A DNA stretch of 64,000 nt from Candidatus Cloacimonadales bacterium (GTDB lineage: Bacteria; Cloacimonadota; Cloacimonadia; Cloacimonadales; JAFGVF01). The notes under the pieces were generated by a model, which saw only the letters and a list, made by a program, of their open reading frames with translations, had not been told where the DNA came from and made no database searches. Every line of letters begins with the position of its first letter. Position 1 is the first letter of the stretch. A program made the translations under genes and the position numbers. Positions 1 through 10,900 of this stretch are shown piece by piece. The stretch lies in NCBI GenBank assembly GCA_963663475.2, contig CAXXJV010000001.1:1728001-1792000 (forward strand), written 5' to 3'.

Positions 1-294
1 TATTTAACTGAAGGCTCTTATAAGCTCATTCATTCTACTGCTATCACTCAAAGATGCAGAAATAAAACTAAAGCAGAAGTTTTTTTATTATGGCTTCACA
101 AAGCTGAAATTCAATCTCTTATTGTAAAATCTACTAACTGGTATCCTATCGTAGAAACTGCAACTAAAAGCCAAGGACATAGAATAATCGATTACCCTGA
201 TTTGGTTATGAATAGCAAAATTAATCAGAAAGTAGTTGCTAAATATCTTGCCGACTGGCTTGATTATTGGAAAATTTATAGGGAGAAATTTTAA
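1..294 (+). CDS. Partial hypothetical protein (3' end only)
   Basis: Frame 1 is open from base 1 to TAA at 292-294, which overlaps the trmL ATG (TAATG coupling). Confidence 0.6.
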   Translation, partial: YLTEGSYKLIHSTAITQRCRNKTKAEVFLLWLHKAEIQSLIVKSTNWYPIVETATKSQGHRIIDYPDLVMNSKINQKVVAKYLADWLDYWKIYREKF

Positions 295-761
295 TGACTA
301 ATAAGAAATTTAAAGTAGTACTTTATCAACCTGAAATTCCTAGTAATACAGGAAATATTGGCAGAATATGTGTTGGTGCTAATCTTGAGTTACATATCAT
401 AAAACCAATGAGATTCTTACTTAATGATAAACTTGTAAAAAGAGCTGGCTTAGATTACTGGCATAAGTTGGATATTACTATTCATGACTCTCTAGATGAT
501 TTCTTAAAGCTTTATCCAGATATTAACGTTTATTATTGTACTACAAAAACTAAAAGAAATTATACTAAAGAAAATTATAAAAAAGGTGATGCCTTTATCT
601 TCGGCCCAGAATCAAGAGGCATTCCCGAAGATATCTTATTCGCTAATGAAAAGAATAATATTACTATTCCTATGACTGGCGAAATAAGATCTATTAATCT
701 ATCAAATAGTGTTGCTATTATTATGTTTGAAGCACTAAGACAGATAGATTTTGCATTCTAA
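294..761 (+). CDS. trmL: tRNA (cytidine/uridine-34 2'-O)-methyltransferase, SpoU family
   Basis: PEIPSNTGNIGR, KRAGLDYW, FGPESRG and RSINLSNSV motifs. Confidence 0.95.
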   Translation: MTNKKFKVVLYQPEIPSNTGNIGRICVGANLELHIIKPMRFLLNDKLVKRAGLDYWHKLDITIHDSLDDFLKLYPDINVYYCTTKTKRNYTKENYKKGDAFIFGPESRGIPEDILFANEKNNITIPMTGEIRSINLSNSVAIIMFEALRQIDFAF

Positions 762-790
762 AAAATTATTATAAAAAGGAAAATATAAAA

Positions 791-1819
791 ATGAATATAA
801 GTTTTGGAAGTGATAATCATTCAGGAGTTCATCCTCAAATATTAGAAGCTATCAGCCAAGCAAATGTTGGTCATACTCACTCCTATGGCGATGATGACTA
901 TACTAGAAGAGCTATTGAAAAATTTAAAGAAATTTTCGGACAAGATATAGATGTCTATTTTGTTTTAACTGGAACAGGTGCAAATGTCTTGTCCTTACAA
1001 AACTTCTTAAAACCCTATGAAGCAGTAGTCTGTGCCCAATCAGCTCATATCAATGTTGATGAATGTGGTGCTCCTGAACACTTCACAGGCAGTAAGTTAA
1101 TTACCGTTGAAACTGAAAATGGTAAATTAACACCTGCTTTATTAGAAAAAGCAATTTTCGGACTAGGAGATGAACATCATGTTCAAGCTAAGATAATCTC
1201 AATTTCTCAAGTAACTGAGTTGGGTTCAATCTATACAAGCCAAGAAATTAAAGCTATTGTGGATTTTGCACATGCTAGAGACTTTTATGTTCATCTTGAT
1301 GGTGCAAGACTTGCCAATGCAGCTGTCGCCCTTAACTGTACTTTTGCAGATTTAACCAGTCACACTGGTATTGATATTCTCTCCTTTGGAGCAACTAAGA
1401 ATGGAGCAATGCTGGCTGAATCAATAGTCTCTTTCCGACCAGAATTATCTAAATCTATGAAGTATTTACGTAAGATGGGCATGCAATTATATTCTAAGAT
1501 GAGATATAGTTCAGCTCAATGGTTAGCCTATCTTAGTAATAATCTCTGGTATGAAAATGCTAAGAATGCTAATGATATGGCTAAATATCTTTATGAAAGA
1601 CTAGCCCAGATACCAGAGGTTAAACTTACTCAGAATATTGAGGCTAATGCTATCTTTGCCCTTCTAGATAAAGAAATAATCGAAACTCTGAGAGACAAAT
1701 ACTTCTTCTATACATGGGATGAGTTTACTGGAGAAATAAGACTTATGTGTTCTTATGATACTAGCAAACAAGATATTGATGATTTTATTGATTATCTCTT
1801 ACTCCTTCTGAAAAAGTAA
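791..1819 (+). CDS. ltaE: Low-specificity L-threonine aldolase (PLP)
   Basis: FGSDN, YGDD, TGTGAN, HLDGARL and FGATKNG (PLP lysine) motifs. Confidence 0.9.
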   Translation: MNISFGSDNHSGVHPQILEAISQANVGHTHSYGDDDYTRRAIEKFKEIFGQDIDVYFVLTGTGANVLSLQNFLKPYEAVVCAQSAHINVDECGAPEHFTGSKLITVETENGKLTPALLEKAIFGLGDEHHVQAKIISISQVTELGSIYTSQEIKAIVDFAHARDFYVHLDGARLANAAVALNCTFADLTSHTGIDILSFGATKNGAMLAESIVSFRPELSKSMKYLRKMGMQLYSKMRYSSAQWLAYLSNNLWYENAKNANDMAKYLYERLAQIPEVKLTQNIEANAIFALLDKEIIETLRDKYFFYTWDEFTGEIRLMCSYDTSKQDIDDFIDYLLLLLKK

Positions 1820-1836
1820 TATTATTAGGAGAAGCA

Positions 1837-2640
1837 ATGAAAAAAGTCATGCTTATCAGAATACTAATTCTCGCTTTCATAGCTCTTGCTAGCTTTACTG
1901 CTATAGCTTTAGAAAGATTTGGAGTTATCAATATTAACCCTCACTCTCTTTGTCCTTACTCACTTATTTGTTTTGGTATTCCAAGTCTAAGAGGATTCTT
2001 TTCAGCAAACCCTTTCTATATAGCTACTTTAATTGGACTGATAATCTTAGGCCTAAGTCCTTTCTTAGGAAGGATATTTTGTGGCTGGATATGTCCTATA
2101 GGTGCTATTCAAGAGGTCTTATATAGGCTAGGTAATGGCCAGTTAAAAGGAAGAAAGAAGTATCTAATAAGAGCTAAATGGGATAAGATTTTAAAGAAAC
2201 TAAAATATCTAGTATTAGTAATGAATATTATTCTAGCAACTTTACTCATTCAAGCTCTATATATGGCAGCTTGTCCAGTTATTGCTCTAGCTAATATTGC
2301 TACTTATTTGATAATATCTGCTATCATTCTTTTCGTTTTCTTGCTAGCCTCTCTTTTTATAGAGAGATTTGCTTGTCGCTATCTCTGTCCCTTTGGGGCA
2401 ATGATGAGTTTAATGCTTAAACTAGGAAATAAGCTAAAAATCCCAAGATTAATGCTTAAAATCAATAAAGAAATGTGTGTTAACTGCGAGTTATGTTCAT
2501 CAAACTGTCCTATGCAAATAGATGTTGATGAAAAATCAAAGGTTGCTGATAGTGAATGTATAATGTGTTTTAGATGTAAGGCAAAATGCCCTCGAAAGGG
2601 TATTGATTGTGAATTCTGTAATGATAAGGATAAGAAATGA
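1837..2640 (+). CDS. Membrane 4Fe-4S-binding protein (NapH/MauN/RdxA-like)
   Basis: About 5 TM segments, FCGWICPIG and ACRYLCPFG motifs, two C-terminal CxxCxxCxxxCP motifs. Confidence 0.85.
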   Translation: MKKVMLIRILILAFIALASFTAIALERFGVININPHSLCPYSLICFGIPSLRGFFSANPFYIATLIGLIILGLSPFLGRIFCGWICPIGAIQEVLYRLGNGQLKGRKKYLIRAKWDKILKKLKYLVLVMNIILATLLIQALYMAACPVIALANIATYLIISAIILFVFLLASLFIERFACRYLCPFGAMMSLMLKLGNKLKIPRLMLKINKEMCVNCELCSSNCPMQIDVDEKSKVADSECIMCFRCKAKCPRKGIDCEFCNDKDKK

Positions 2641-2957
2641 AAAAATCAAAGATAATTATTATATTTATTGTTATTGCAATTTTTATTACATCCCTAATTG
2701 CTAAGAGAGATGTTGATTTAACTTCTTACAATATCAATCAATATAAGTGTATTGGTTGTCAGGCTTGTCTTGCTGCTTGTCCTGTTCAGGCTATTTCTTT
2801 AAGGAATGGTAAGGCGGTAATAGATCAATCCAAATGTATCCAATGTGGTATCTGTGTGAATGGTAATTACGCTGATTATCAAGGGTGTCCTGTGAAAGCA
2901 ATCAATCTTCCCATTGCAGAAGAAAGTTTATCAAATCAAACAGAAGTAGATCAATAA
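2637..2957 (+). CDS. 2x[4Fe-4S] ferredoxin with N-terminal signal peptide/anchor
   Basis: MKK plus hydrophobic stretch ending [16 protein letters not shown] and CIQCGIC-x10-CP; ATGA overlap with upstream gene. Confidence 0.85.
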   Translation: MKKSKIIIIFIVIAIFITSLIAKRDVDLTSYNINQYKCIGCQACLAACPVQAISLRNGKAVIDQSKCIQCGICVNGNYADYQGCPVKAINLPIAEESLSNQTEVDQ

Positions 2958-2959
2958 CA

Positions 2960-3757
2960 ATGCAGAAAGCAACAGTAATTTTAGGTGGTGGAGCAGCCTT
3001 AGGTTTTGCCCATATTGGAGCTCTGAAGGTTATAGAACAAAAGTACCAGATTACTAGAATCATTGGAACAAGTATGGGCTCTATAGTTGGTGGTTTGTAT
3101 GCTTATGGTATGAAAGTAGATGAGATATTAAACTTCGGAAAGGATTTTAAATATATAGATTTTATTAATCCCCTTAACATAGACCTAAAGTTTCAGGGAG
3201 TTTTTGATGGTTCTTTTATTGAAAAGAAGATTAATCAGAGAATAAAACAAGCTAATATTCAGGATTTAAAGATTAAATATTCTGCTATAGCTTACGATAT
3301 AAATTCCAAATATACTATAATTATAAATTCGGGAAATTGTGCTAAAGCTATGCGAGCATCATCTGCCATACCTTATATCTTTAATCCTGTGAATATTGAT
3401 AAATACTCACTAGTGGACGGTGGGGTAGAGTATCCCTTACCCTGTCTTGATTTATCTGCTGATGAATTTACCATTGTAGTTAATGTCTTACCAGCTATTC
3501 CTAATAAGATGGTTCACCTAAATATTAATAATGAACATAGTGATGCTAAAAAGAAGTCTAACAATAAGAAATGGTATGAAATTGTAATGGAAGCTATTAA
3601 CTGTAACCAGTCATTCCTTGCTCAAGAAAGACTTAAGGAGTTTAAGCCTGATATTTATATAGATTGCAATATCAACTCATATCTACCTGGTGATTTTCTA
3701 AAAATTACTGAGATAGCAAAGTTAGGGGAAGAAGTAGCTCAAAAGACTCTACTTTAA
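2960..3757 (+). CDS. Patatin-like phospholipase
   Basis: GGGAALG, GTSMG and DGG motifs; ATG at 2960 is a more plausible start than 2885. Confidence 0.9.
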   Translation: MQKATVILGGGAALGFAHIGALKVIEQKYQITRIIGTSMGSIVGGLYAYGMKVDEILNFGKDFKYIDFINPLNIDLKFQGVFDGSFIEKKINQRIKQANIQDLKIKYSAIAYDINSKYTIIINSGNCAKAMRASSAIPYIFNPVNIDKYSLVDGGVEYPLPCLDLSADEFTIVVNVLPAIPNKMVHLNINNEHSDAKKKSNNKKWYEIVMEAINCNQSFLAQERLKEFKPDIYIDCNINSYLPGDFLKITEIAKLGEEVAQKTLL

Positions 3758-3922
3758 CCCAAATAATGCAGTAGACCTTTGTGAATAGCACTATATTCTT
3801 CTGCAAAAGTAGCTTCCATAATTTCTCCGAATATATAAAATATATGCGTCAAAATTCTGTAAGCTATTTTGCTAGAATAATCTGCACTCTTCACTAAAGC
3901 TCTACTACACTATCTGGTTTAA
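3754..3922 (+). repeat. Family A ~170 bp imperfect palindrome (MITE/REP-like), copy 1
   Basis: ttaacccaaataatgcagtagacctttgtgaa...ttcactaaagctctactacactatctggtttaa; arms are reverse complements; recurs across the window. Confidence 0.9.
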
Positions 3923-3937
3923 CGAACCATGCCTATT

Positions 3938-3968
3938 AAAAAAGGTTGAAGTTCTTGCTTCAACCTTT
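3938..3968. terminator. Probable bidirectional intrinsic terminator
   Basis: aaaggttgaag-ttcttg-cttcaaccttt stem flanked by A/T runs, between convergent genes. Confidence 0.75.
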
Positions 3969-4001
3969 ATAGTTTTAATCTATTTTGAGTGCTAAATACT
4001 T

Positions 4002-4499
4002 TTATAAAATTTTTGCACTTTCAATGATAATATCTTCTTTGGGCCAATCTCCCATTTGAGTCTTAGAATTTATGCCAGTTGCAACTGATTTGATAGAGTT
4101 AACAACATCTAAACCTTCAATTACCTTACCAAAAACACAATAACCCCAGTTTGAAGTGTTTTGATAGTTTAAGAAGGTGTTATCAGCAACATTAATGAAA
4201 AATTGAGAAGTGGCAGAATGAGGGTCATTAGTTCTTGCCATAGCTATAGTACCTATTTCATTACTGAGGCCATTATCAGCTTCATTCTTAATAGGATCTC
4301 TACCTTCGCGATGGTGACCTTCAGCGGTAAGTCCTCCGCCTTGTATCATGAAGTTATCAATTACTCGATGAAAGACTAAACCATCATAAAATCCTTCTTC
4401 GACATAATCAACAAAATTTTTAGTAGTAATAGGTGCTTTATCTTCCCACAATTCTAACACTATTTTACCTTTGTTAGTGTTAAGAGCTACTTTATACAT
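4002..4499 (-). CDS. ppiB: Cyclophilin-type peptidyl-prolyl cis-trans isomerase
   Basis: FHRVIDNFMIQGGG, IAMART and ATSQFFIN motifs; ATG at 4499 follows GGAGG. Confidence 0.92.
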   Translation of the reverse strand: MYKVALNTNKGKIVLELWEDKAPITTKNFVDYVEEGFYDGLVFHRVIDNFMIQGGGLTAEGHHREGRDPIKNEADNGLSNEIGTIAMARTNDPHSATSQFFINVADNTFLNYQNTSNWGYCVFGKVIEGLDVVNSIKSVATGINSKTQMGDWPKEDIIIESAKIL

Positions 4500-4697
4500 T
4501 AATGCCTCCAAATTTAAATTTATTAATAAATTTCAAAAATTGCTATATCTGTCAATAAATTTCATAACTTTTTAGAGTAATTACAAATTTGTTAACTAAA
4601 TATTTTTAGCATGTAATAAGTAAAAAAAATTACTATTAATTAAATAACTTTTTGTAATCTCTTCGATTGTAAAATAAATCAAATATTGAAGATTTAA

Positions 4698-4754
4698 TTT
4701 TGCTAGAATAATCTGCACTCTTCACTAAAGTTCTACTTCACAATCTGGGTTTAA
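4698..4754 (+). repeat. Family A, right-arm-only fragment
   Basis: ttttgctagaataatctgcactcttcactaaagttctacttcacaatctgggtttaa. Confidence 0.8.
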
Positions 4755-4781
4755 AGAAATATTCAAGCTGTAATAATATAA

Positions 4782-4834
4782 ACTTCTTTAAGGATAAGCT
4801 ATTGGAGAAGCTAGCTTGATGGTTGAACAGTCTC
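4782..4834 (+). repeat. Family D repeat (partial)
   Basis: acttctttaaggataa...ttgatggttgaacagtctc; matches 33111-33197 and the reverse complement of 61223-61309. Confidence 0.8.
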
Positions 4835-4914
4835 TTTCTTTCCCCTTACTAAAGGCTTTAAAATTATATTGACTAATAAGCATACTTTTAAAATATATAG
4901 CAAGGAGAATTAAT

Positions 4915-6093
4915 ATGAAAGAAGAAAGACTAGTATATCCTGATTACTCGAGAAGTATAATTAATATTACTGCGTCAATATTAAGCTATTTTGGTTGCGA
5001 GAGCCATTATCCAGCTTTAGAAGAATTATCTAAAGACTATCTAGATAATTTTGAGAATATAGTATTCTTAGTAGTAGATGGATTGGGCGCTGATTTACTA
5101 AATCATCATCTTGATCAAGACTCTCTCTTTAGGAAGAATAAAGTAACTAACCTGACCTCTGTATTCCCTCCAACAACTGCTGCAGCTATTTCATCATACC
5201 TGTCAGGAGTTTCTCCCTGGGAACATGGTATAATCGGCTGGACTCTTTATCTCAAAGAATATTTTAAAATGGTTGATTTTTTACCTCTAAGTGATGCAAC
5301 AACTGGAGAATCACTTGCTGAATCATATTCTCAAATACATGATAAATTTCATTTCGAATCAATCTTTAAAATTATTCATGAACTTCAACCTCAAGTGGAA
5401 CAGCACTATGTTTCTCCTCAAACTCTTGTAAAATCTAAATATACCAAAATGGCTTCAGATTCTGCTGAAATATTTTCTTATAATAGTTTACCTCAAGCTC
5501 TTGATTATATTGAAACCACAATTAAAGAATCAAAAAATAAGAAACTATTTTACTGTTATACTGGTGAACCAGATAAGTCAATGCATAAAACAGGTGTTTA
5601 TGAAACTTCAATAACAGAAATTATTGAGTATATCCAGTCTCAAATCCAAATTCTTCATCAGAAGATAAAATCTACTAAATCACTAATTATTGTTACGGCA
5701 GACCATGGTATGATTGAGGTAGAAGAGTCCATTTATGCAAATGAAGACAAAAAACTTTGGGATTCGTTAATTCTTCCTACTTTTCCAGAACCTCGTTTTA
5801 TTTCCTGCTTTATTAAAAAAGATAAAGAATCAGCTTTCATGGATTTTGCCAAGAGGTATGAAGACTATTTCTTGCTTATGTCTCAAGCAGAATTTATCCA
5901 AAAAGGCTTGTTAGGACATGGAGAGCCACATCCTCGTTTGTTAGATATGTTGGGAGATTATATCCTTATTGCAAAATCTACTAAGGCAATTCAAACTCTT
6001 TATCAAAGCAAGGATAATACTTTTAAATTCAAGGCTATGCATGCAGGCTTAACTGAGAAAGAAATGCTTGTTCCATTAATCTTGCTAGATTAA
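4915..6093 (+). CDS. Alkaline phosphatase superfamily type I phosphodiesterase/nucleotide pyrophosphatase
   Basis: VVDGLG, SVFPPTT, DKSMH, TADHG and HAGLT motifs. Confidence 0.85.
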   Translation: MKEERLVYPDYSRSIINITASILSYFGCESHYPALEELSKDYLDNFENIVFLVVDGLGADLLNHHLDQDSLFRKNKVTNLTSVFPPTTAAAISSYLSGVSPWEHGIIGWTLYLKEYFKMVDFLPLSDATTGESLAESYSQIHDKFHFESIFKIIHELQPQVEQHYVSPQTLVKSKYTKMASDSAEIFSYNSLPQALDYIETTIKESKNKKLFYCYTGEPDKSMHKTGVYETSITEIIEYIQSQIQILHQKIKSTKSLIIVTADHGMIEVEESIYANEDKKLWDSLILPTFPEPRFISCFIKKDKESAFMDFAKRYEDYFLLMSQAEFIQKGLLGHGEPHPRLLDMLGDYILIAKSTKAIQTLYQSKDNTFKFKAMHAGLTEKEMLVPLILLD

Positions 6094-6107
6094 AGAAAGA
6101 GAAAAAG

Positions 6108-7037
6108 ATGTCTTTAAGAGTTAAATCACTAATTTTTGCTTTTATAGCACTATTCTCTTGGGGAATTCATGGTCCTGCAGGTAGATACCTAGCTCTTCAG
6201 GATGTAAATATGTATTTTGTAGCTGTGAGCAGATTTTGGATAGGTACTTTAGTCTTTTTTATCTTTTTAATATTCAAAAGAGATTTCGGTCTCACTCTTT
6301 TCCGCAAGAGATGGAGGGAAATCATAAACATTAGTCTTATAGGCATATGTTTAAACTCAATTTTATACCATATTACTTTAAAATATCTCCATGGTACTCT
6401 AGTTATGATTTTGGAGAACTTAGCCCCTGTCTTTGTCTTATTAATAGTATATTTCAGGGATAAGATATCTCCAAGTCGTAATCAAGTTGCATCACTTATA
6501 ATAGCCTTTATTGGTTTATTAGCCATAGTTGCTGGAAAGTCAGCTTTTCCTGAACTGGGAGATGGTTTCACTATTGGTGTAATATTAGGTATTCTAACAG
6601 GAATCACCTTTGGTGCTTATGTTTATTTATCTTCTAACTTGATGAAAGGACTTCAAAACAAACCCTATCAGGTTATCCAGTTACTCTTTTGGATTTTTCT
6701 TACTGCTTCAATTATGATGAGTCCAATTTATTTCTTTATTGAAGGGAAGTTACCAAGCAGTCAATCAGAAATTTTCTGGTTTTTAGAGATGGGAATTTTC
6801 CAATCAGGTTTATCATATTTATTCTGGAACTTTGCTTTAACTGGAATAAGTGCCAACACTGCAAGTATTTTATTCACTTTCACGGTACTTTTTACTACAA
6901 TTAATGAAGTAGTCTTCCTTGATTTAAAAATCACTCCTACCCTTTTAATTGGTGGTGCTTTGATCACCTTGGCTGGTTATCTTCTAAGTAAAAAGAAAAA
7001 GCAAAAAAAACTATATAAGCAGGTTGTACAAATATGA
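6108..7037 (+). CDS. DMT/EamA family transporter
   Basis: About 10 TM helices in two EamA-like repeats. Confidence 0.85.
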   Translation: MSLRVKSLIFAFIALFSWGIHGPAGRYLALQDVNMYFVAVSRFWIGTLVFFIFLIFKRDFGLTLFRKRWREIINISLIGICLNSILYHITLKYLHGTLVMILENLAPVFVLLIVYFRDKISPSRNQVASLIIAFIGLLAIVAGKSAFPELGDGFTIGVILGILTGITFGAYVYLSSNLMKGLQNKPYQVIQLLFWIFLTASIMMSPIYFFIEGKLPSSQSEIFWFLEMGIFQSGLSYLFWNFALTGISANTASILFTFTVLFTTINEVVFLDLKITPTLLIGGALITLAGYLLSKKKKQKKLYKQVVQI

Positions 7038-7684
7038 CACTCCTGTATTATTTTAGTATGTTAAATAACTATACCCTTCCTAATTTGCAGGATTTCCTCT
7101 GCCAATCCAGTAAGACAGGTTTTAAATTAGTTGTGCTAATGCAGATAAAAGAACAGAAACAAAGTCTTATTAATATCTTAAAACAAGCTCAAACAGGTAT
7201 AGATCTAACTAATATCTCTTTTATTGCTCCTGATATTAATGATGCTTTTGCCCCAAAAAATACTTGTGATTTACTTAGTCAGGCAAGTGGAATTCTAGTT
7301 TTAGGAGGGAATACCCATTTTTATCAAAAAGTTTATGCTAATGAAGAAATAAGTCAAATTATCTTAGATAAATATCAGACTGGTATTCCCTACGCAGGTA
7401 TATCAGCTGGAGCAATCTTATCACTTAGGTATAATCTCTTGAATGATCTTGTTCTTAAACCTCATTTTTCTGAAAAAAGAAGGTTCGACGAACTTATTAA
7501 AAAGATGAAGAAGAACAAGGTAAGCTATGGCTTTGGCTTAGATGATAACATGTCTTTGAAAATAACTAATAAAAAAGATATTGAATGTCTAGGAAAAGAT
7601 TCTTTTTACTTATTTACAAAAGTAGGGGATTATGACTTTAATTTTAAAATATTTAAAAACTTAGATAAGGTGGATTTAGGCTAA
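7034..7684 (+). CDS. Peptidase S51 (cyanophycinase/peptidase E-like) protein
   Basis: LGGNT, GISAGA nucleophile elbow, PHF and GFGLDD motifs. Confidence 0.75.
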   Translation: MTLLYYFSMLNNYTLPNLQDFLCQSSKTGFKLVVLMQIKEQKQSLINILKQAQTGIDLTNISFIAPDINDAFAPKNTCDLLSQASGILVLGGNTHFYQKVYANEEISQIILDKYQTGIPYAGISAGAILSLRYNLLNDLVLKPHFSEKRRFDELIKKMKKNKVSYGFGLDDNMSLKITNKKDIECLGKDSFYLFTKVGDYDFNFKIFKNLDKVDLG

Positions 7685-7921
7685 GAACTAGTTATTATAA
7701 ATATATTATATCCAATCTGCCATCTATTGCTTTTTAACTGGCAATTATTCCTTCTCATTATTCTGAAATTCTCAGTTTGTTGCTCTTTCGAAGATGTGGT
7801 TATTTTTATCAGGAGTAAAAAATGAGTTATGCAACAATATTTGTGAAGTCTACTATTACTTTATACTACTGATTTAATTTTTCAAAAAATATTTGCACTG
7901 AAAAATTAAACCAAACAATGC

Positions 7922-7950
7922 TTGACAAGAAACTATTATAGATATACTTT
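7922..7950 (+). promoter_or_regulatory. Sigma70-type promoter
   Basis: TTGACA-17 bp-TACTTT upstream of AGGAGG and the ORF start. Confidence 0.6.
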
Positions 7951-7988
7951 TTGCTTGTAGTTATAATAATTTCACTTAGGAGGTGGAT

Positions 7989-10900
7989 ATGCTTATGCAC
8001 AATAAGAAAAAATGCTATTTTCTTATACTTTATTTACTTATATTTAACTTGTCTTTGTTCGCTAATTTACCAAGTTTAGACATTGAGGCTGAGGTAGAAT
8101 TTTCTGTTAATCCAGAAAGATTCATTTTTAACAGAACAAGCACTTCTAGCTTTACCTTAGAAAATTTCACATTCAATACTAATACAACTGAATACAATTA
8201 TTCTACATTCTATCCTGCGGATTCACTAAAAATAACCTTTCCTTCTGCAGGTAATTATCAATTAGAAACTACTTTCTATGGCTCAATTTCAGGTAATCAA
8301 ACAACATTCATACAAGCTTTAGTAAATGGCTGCATTTGTGTTCCTTTGATAGAAGCTGAATCTTCTACAGGAATGGATGGAAATGGTAATCCAAATGCTA
8401 ATACTAACAGTAATGTACTAACTATAGTTTCTGATCCAGGGGAAGCTAATGAAAAAATATATACATTGCGTTTCAGACGCAGAGCTGACACTGAACCTAC
8501 AACAATTGTTATTTCAGAAACAGCTTATGAGTTCTCTGCCTTAGTTACTGGTGTAAGCTCGATTATTAATGGTGATAATATTGCTTCTTTACAAGAAACA
8601 AATTGGAGTGTAAACCCAATCACAGGAACAGCCTATTTTAATGGAAACCAGCTTATCCCCCTAAGTAATGGAGATGTTACTGTTACAGCAACTTTAGAAA
8701 ACGATAATAGTATTTCTGCAGTATCTGAAACTTATACTCTCAGTGGGATTTCTAATTGGTCTCCTCATTTAAGTAGTTTAGAGCTAATAGACAAATATGA
8801 TGTAAATATTAACTTATCTCCTCAATTCACTTCCAACCCCAATGATGCAGGGGACTATACTTGCAGTATTGTTGATGAATATTCTACTTTGAGACTCAAA
8901 CTTAAGGCACCTGTTGATTGTCAAGTTTACATAGATGATGCTAGAGTTTCCTCTAACGGTTGTAGTTATCTCAAAATTCCACCGACTGATCCTATAAACG
9001 GTCCTCTTTATATAAACTATGTAATCAAAGTAGAAAACTCTCAAGGTGCAAAATCTTATAATTTAAATATTCAGCGTGAAGTGAAAGAGAGGTTAAAATA
9101 TGGTAGAACAAGTGGAAATCCTCCCCATCTAGCTTCTGCGATTGGAGACGTATTTGGTTTTAATACTGTTCAAACTGATAAGTTTTCAATTCAGGCTTGG
9201 GTTCGGTGGACCTCTGAAACTTCAGAAGGGCAACCTTGGGCAAATATAGCGTCACAGACCTATTCTTCAAGTGGTTCTAATGGAACTTTTTGGCTTCAAC
9301 ATAACTACAATAATACATCATTTGAGTTTGCTATTAATCCGACTGGAACAAGAAGATATGTTCTTTCAGATGCTAGCAAAGTGACTATTCAAAGAGGTGT
9401 CTGGTATTTAGTCACAGGTGTTTATGATGGTGACCGTTCTCCTGTAAGAATTTATATCAATGATGATGATGTTTCTGATAGAGGTGTTTATACTGAGGGA
9501 CAAGTTTTAGCTCCTGATGCTTCTGCAGCCTATAATTTCAATGTTGGTAAAATGCCTTATGGAGGAAGACAATTCCCTGGGAATATCAGAAATCTACGCA
9601 TTTGGGTTGAAAAAGCTCTCACTGCAACTGAGATAGCAAATGATTTTCCTAATACTCCTTTAGCAGGTTCTAGTGAAGATGATTCAGATTTCTCATGGCC
9701 ACTTAACGAGATATCTAACGGTTCTATATCAAATGGAAATGGTTCACTAAATTTATCAATGGTTGACGTCCAAGAAGATGACTTCGTAGCCTGTTGTACA
9801 AATAATAGAGCTTCTGGAAAAGCCTTAGTCCATAGACCAGAAAAAATGGACTTAAGCTCGGCAACTTCTGAGTCAGTGATTCTCTTTCAAGCAGATGGTT
9901 ATAGTGGAAATAATTTTAAATTCAATATTTTAGGTCCTTTAGAGAATGCAAGTAAGAGTATGGAAGTTTGGGACCATAATTCTAATAGTTGGAAAACTAG
10001 TGATGTAATATCAGAGGGAATAGCCATAGATTCTGAGCTTGGTAACCCAACAACTGGAACTTATTTTTGGATTCCAGTTCGTCTAGCTACTAGTACAGAT
10101 GGAGCTGGACGTTATGTAGATGATGACGATGACGATGACTACGATGGTAACGACACAGATGCTCAAGGAAGAACACAATACAATACTATGCTACCCCTAC
10201 CAACAGTCGCACCAATGAATGATCCTTTTACAGTTTCAGGGACTCTTATCGGTAATGAACAACACCCGTTAACAGAGAAATATGTCATATTAGGTTATGA
10301 TGCAGTTGAAAAAGGTAGATTAATAACTGGAACCTCAACATTAACAGCTTCTAAGGATGGCAAATCTAATGGTTCATATACATTAGTTAGTGATGTTCCT
10401 TTATATAGAGTAGAAGTTAGAACCCAAGATGATATTCTTGTTACCGATGTAGATAATGCAGAAGGATGGGACGAAACTCTAGAAAATGGTGGAGTTATTA
10501 ATCTAGACCCAATAACCCTCCCAGTTGAATTAAGCTCTTTCACAGTATCAGCTATCTCAAACGGTGCTAAGCTACAGTGGGTGACTCAAACTGAAAGTAA
10601 TATTTCAGGATATCATGTATATAGAGCTTTAGTTGAAGACTTCTCTCAATCTGAATTAGTTTCTCCAGTTATTGAATCTAATAATTCAGTTCAGACTCAG
10701 ATTTATTCATATACTGATAGTGATATAATGCTGAATGTTGATTATTATTACTGGTTAAAAGCTACTGAGTTTAGTGGAGAATTTCGAATTTATGGCCCCG
10801 TAAGTATTTTTCTTGAAGAAAATGAAGTTACACCTGAAGTCCCAATTTTCATCACTGGTATTGAGAGTTTATATCCTAATCCTTTTAATCCGCAAGTTAA

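Noticed and set aside
4915-6093. BREX PglZ defence gene
   Set aside because: Same superfamily only; no other BREX genes are nearby
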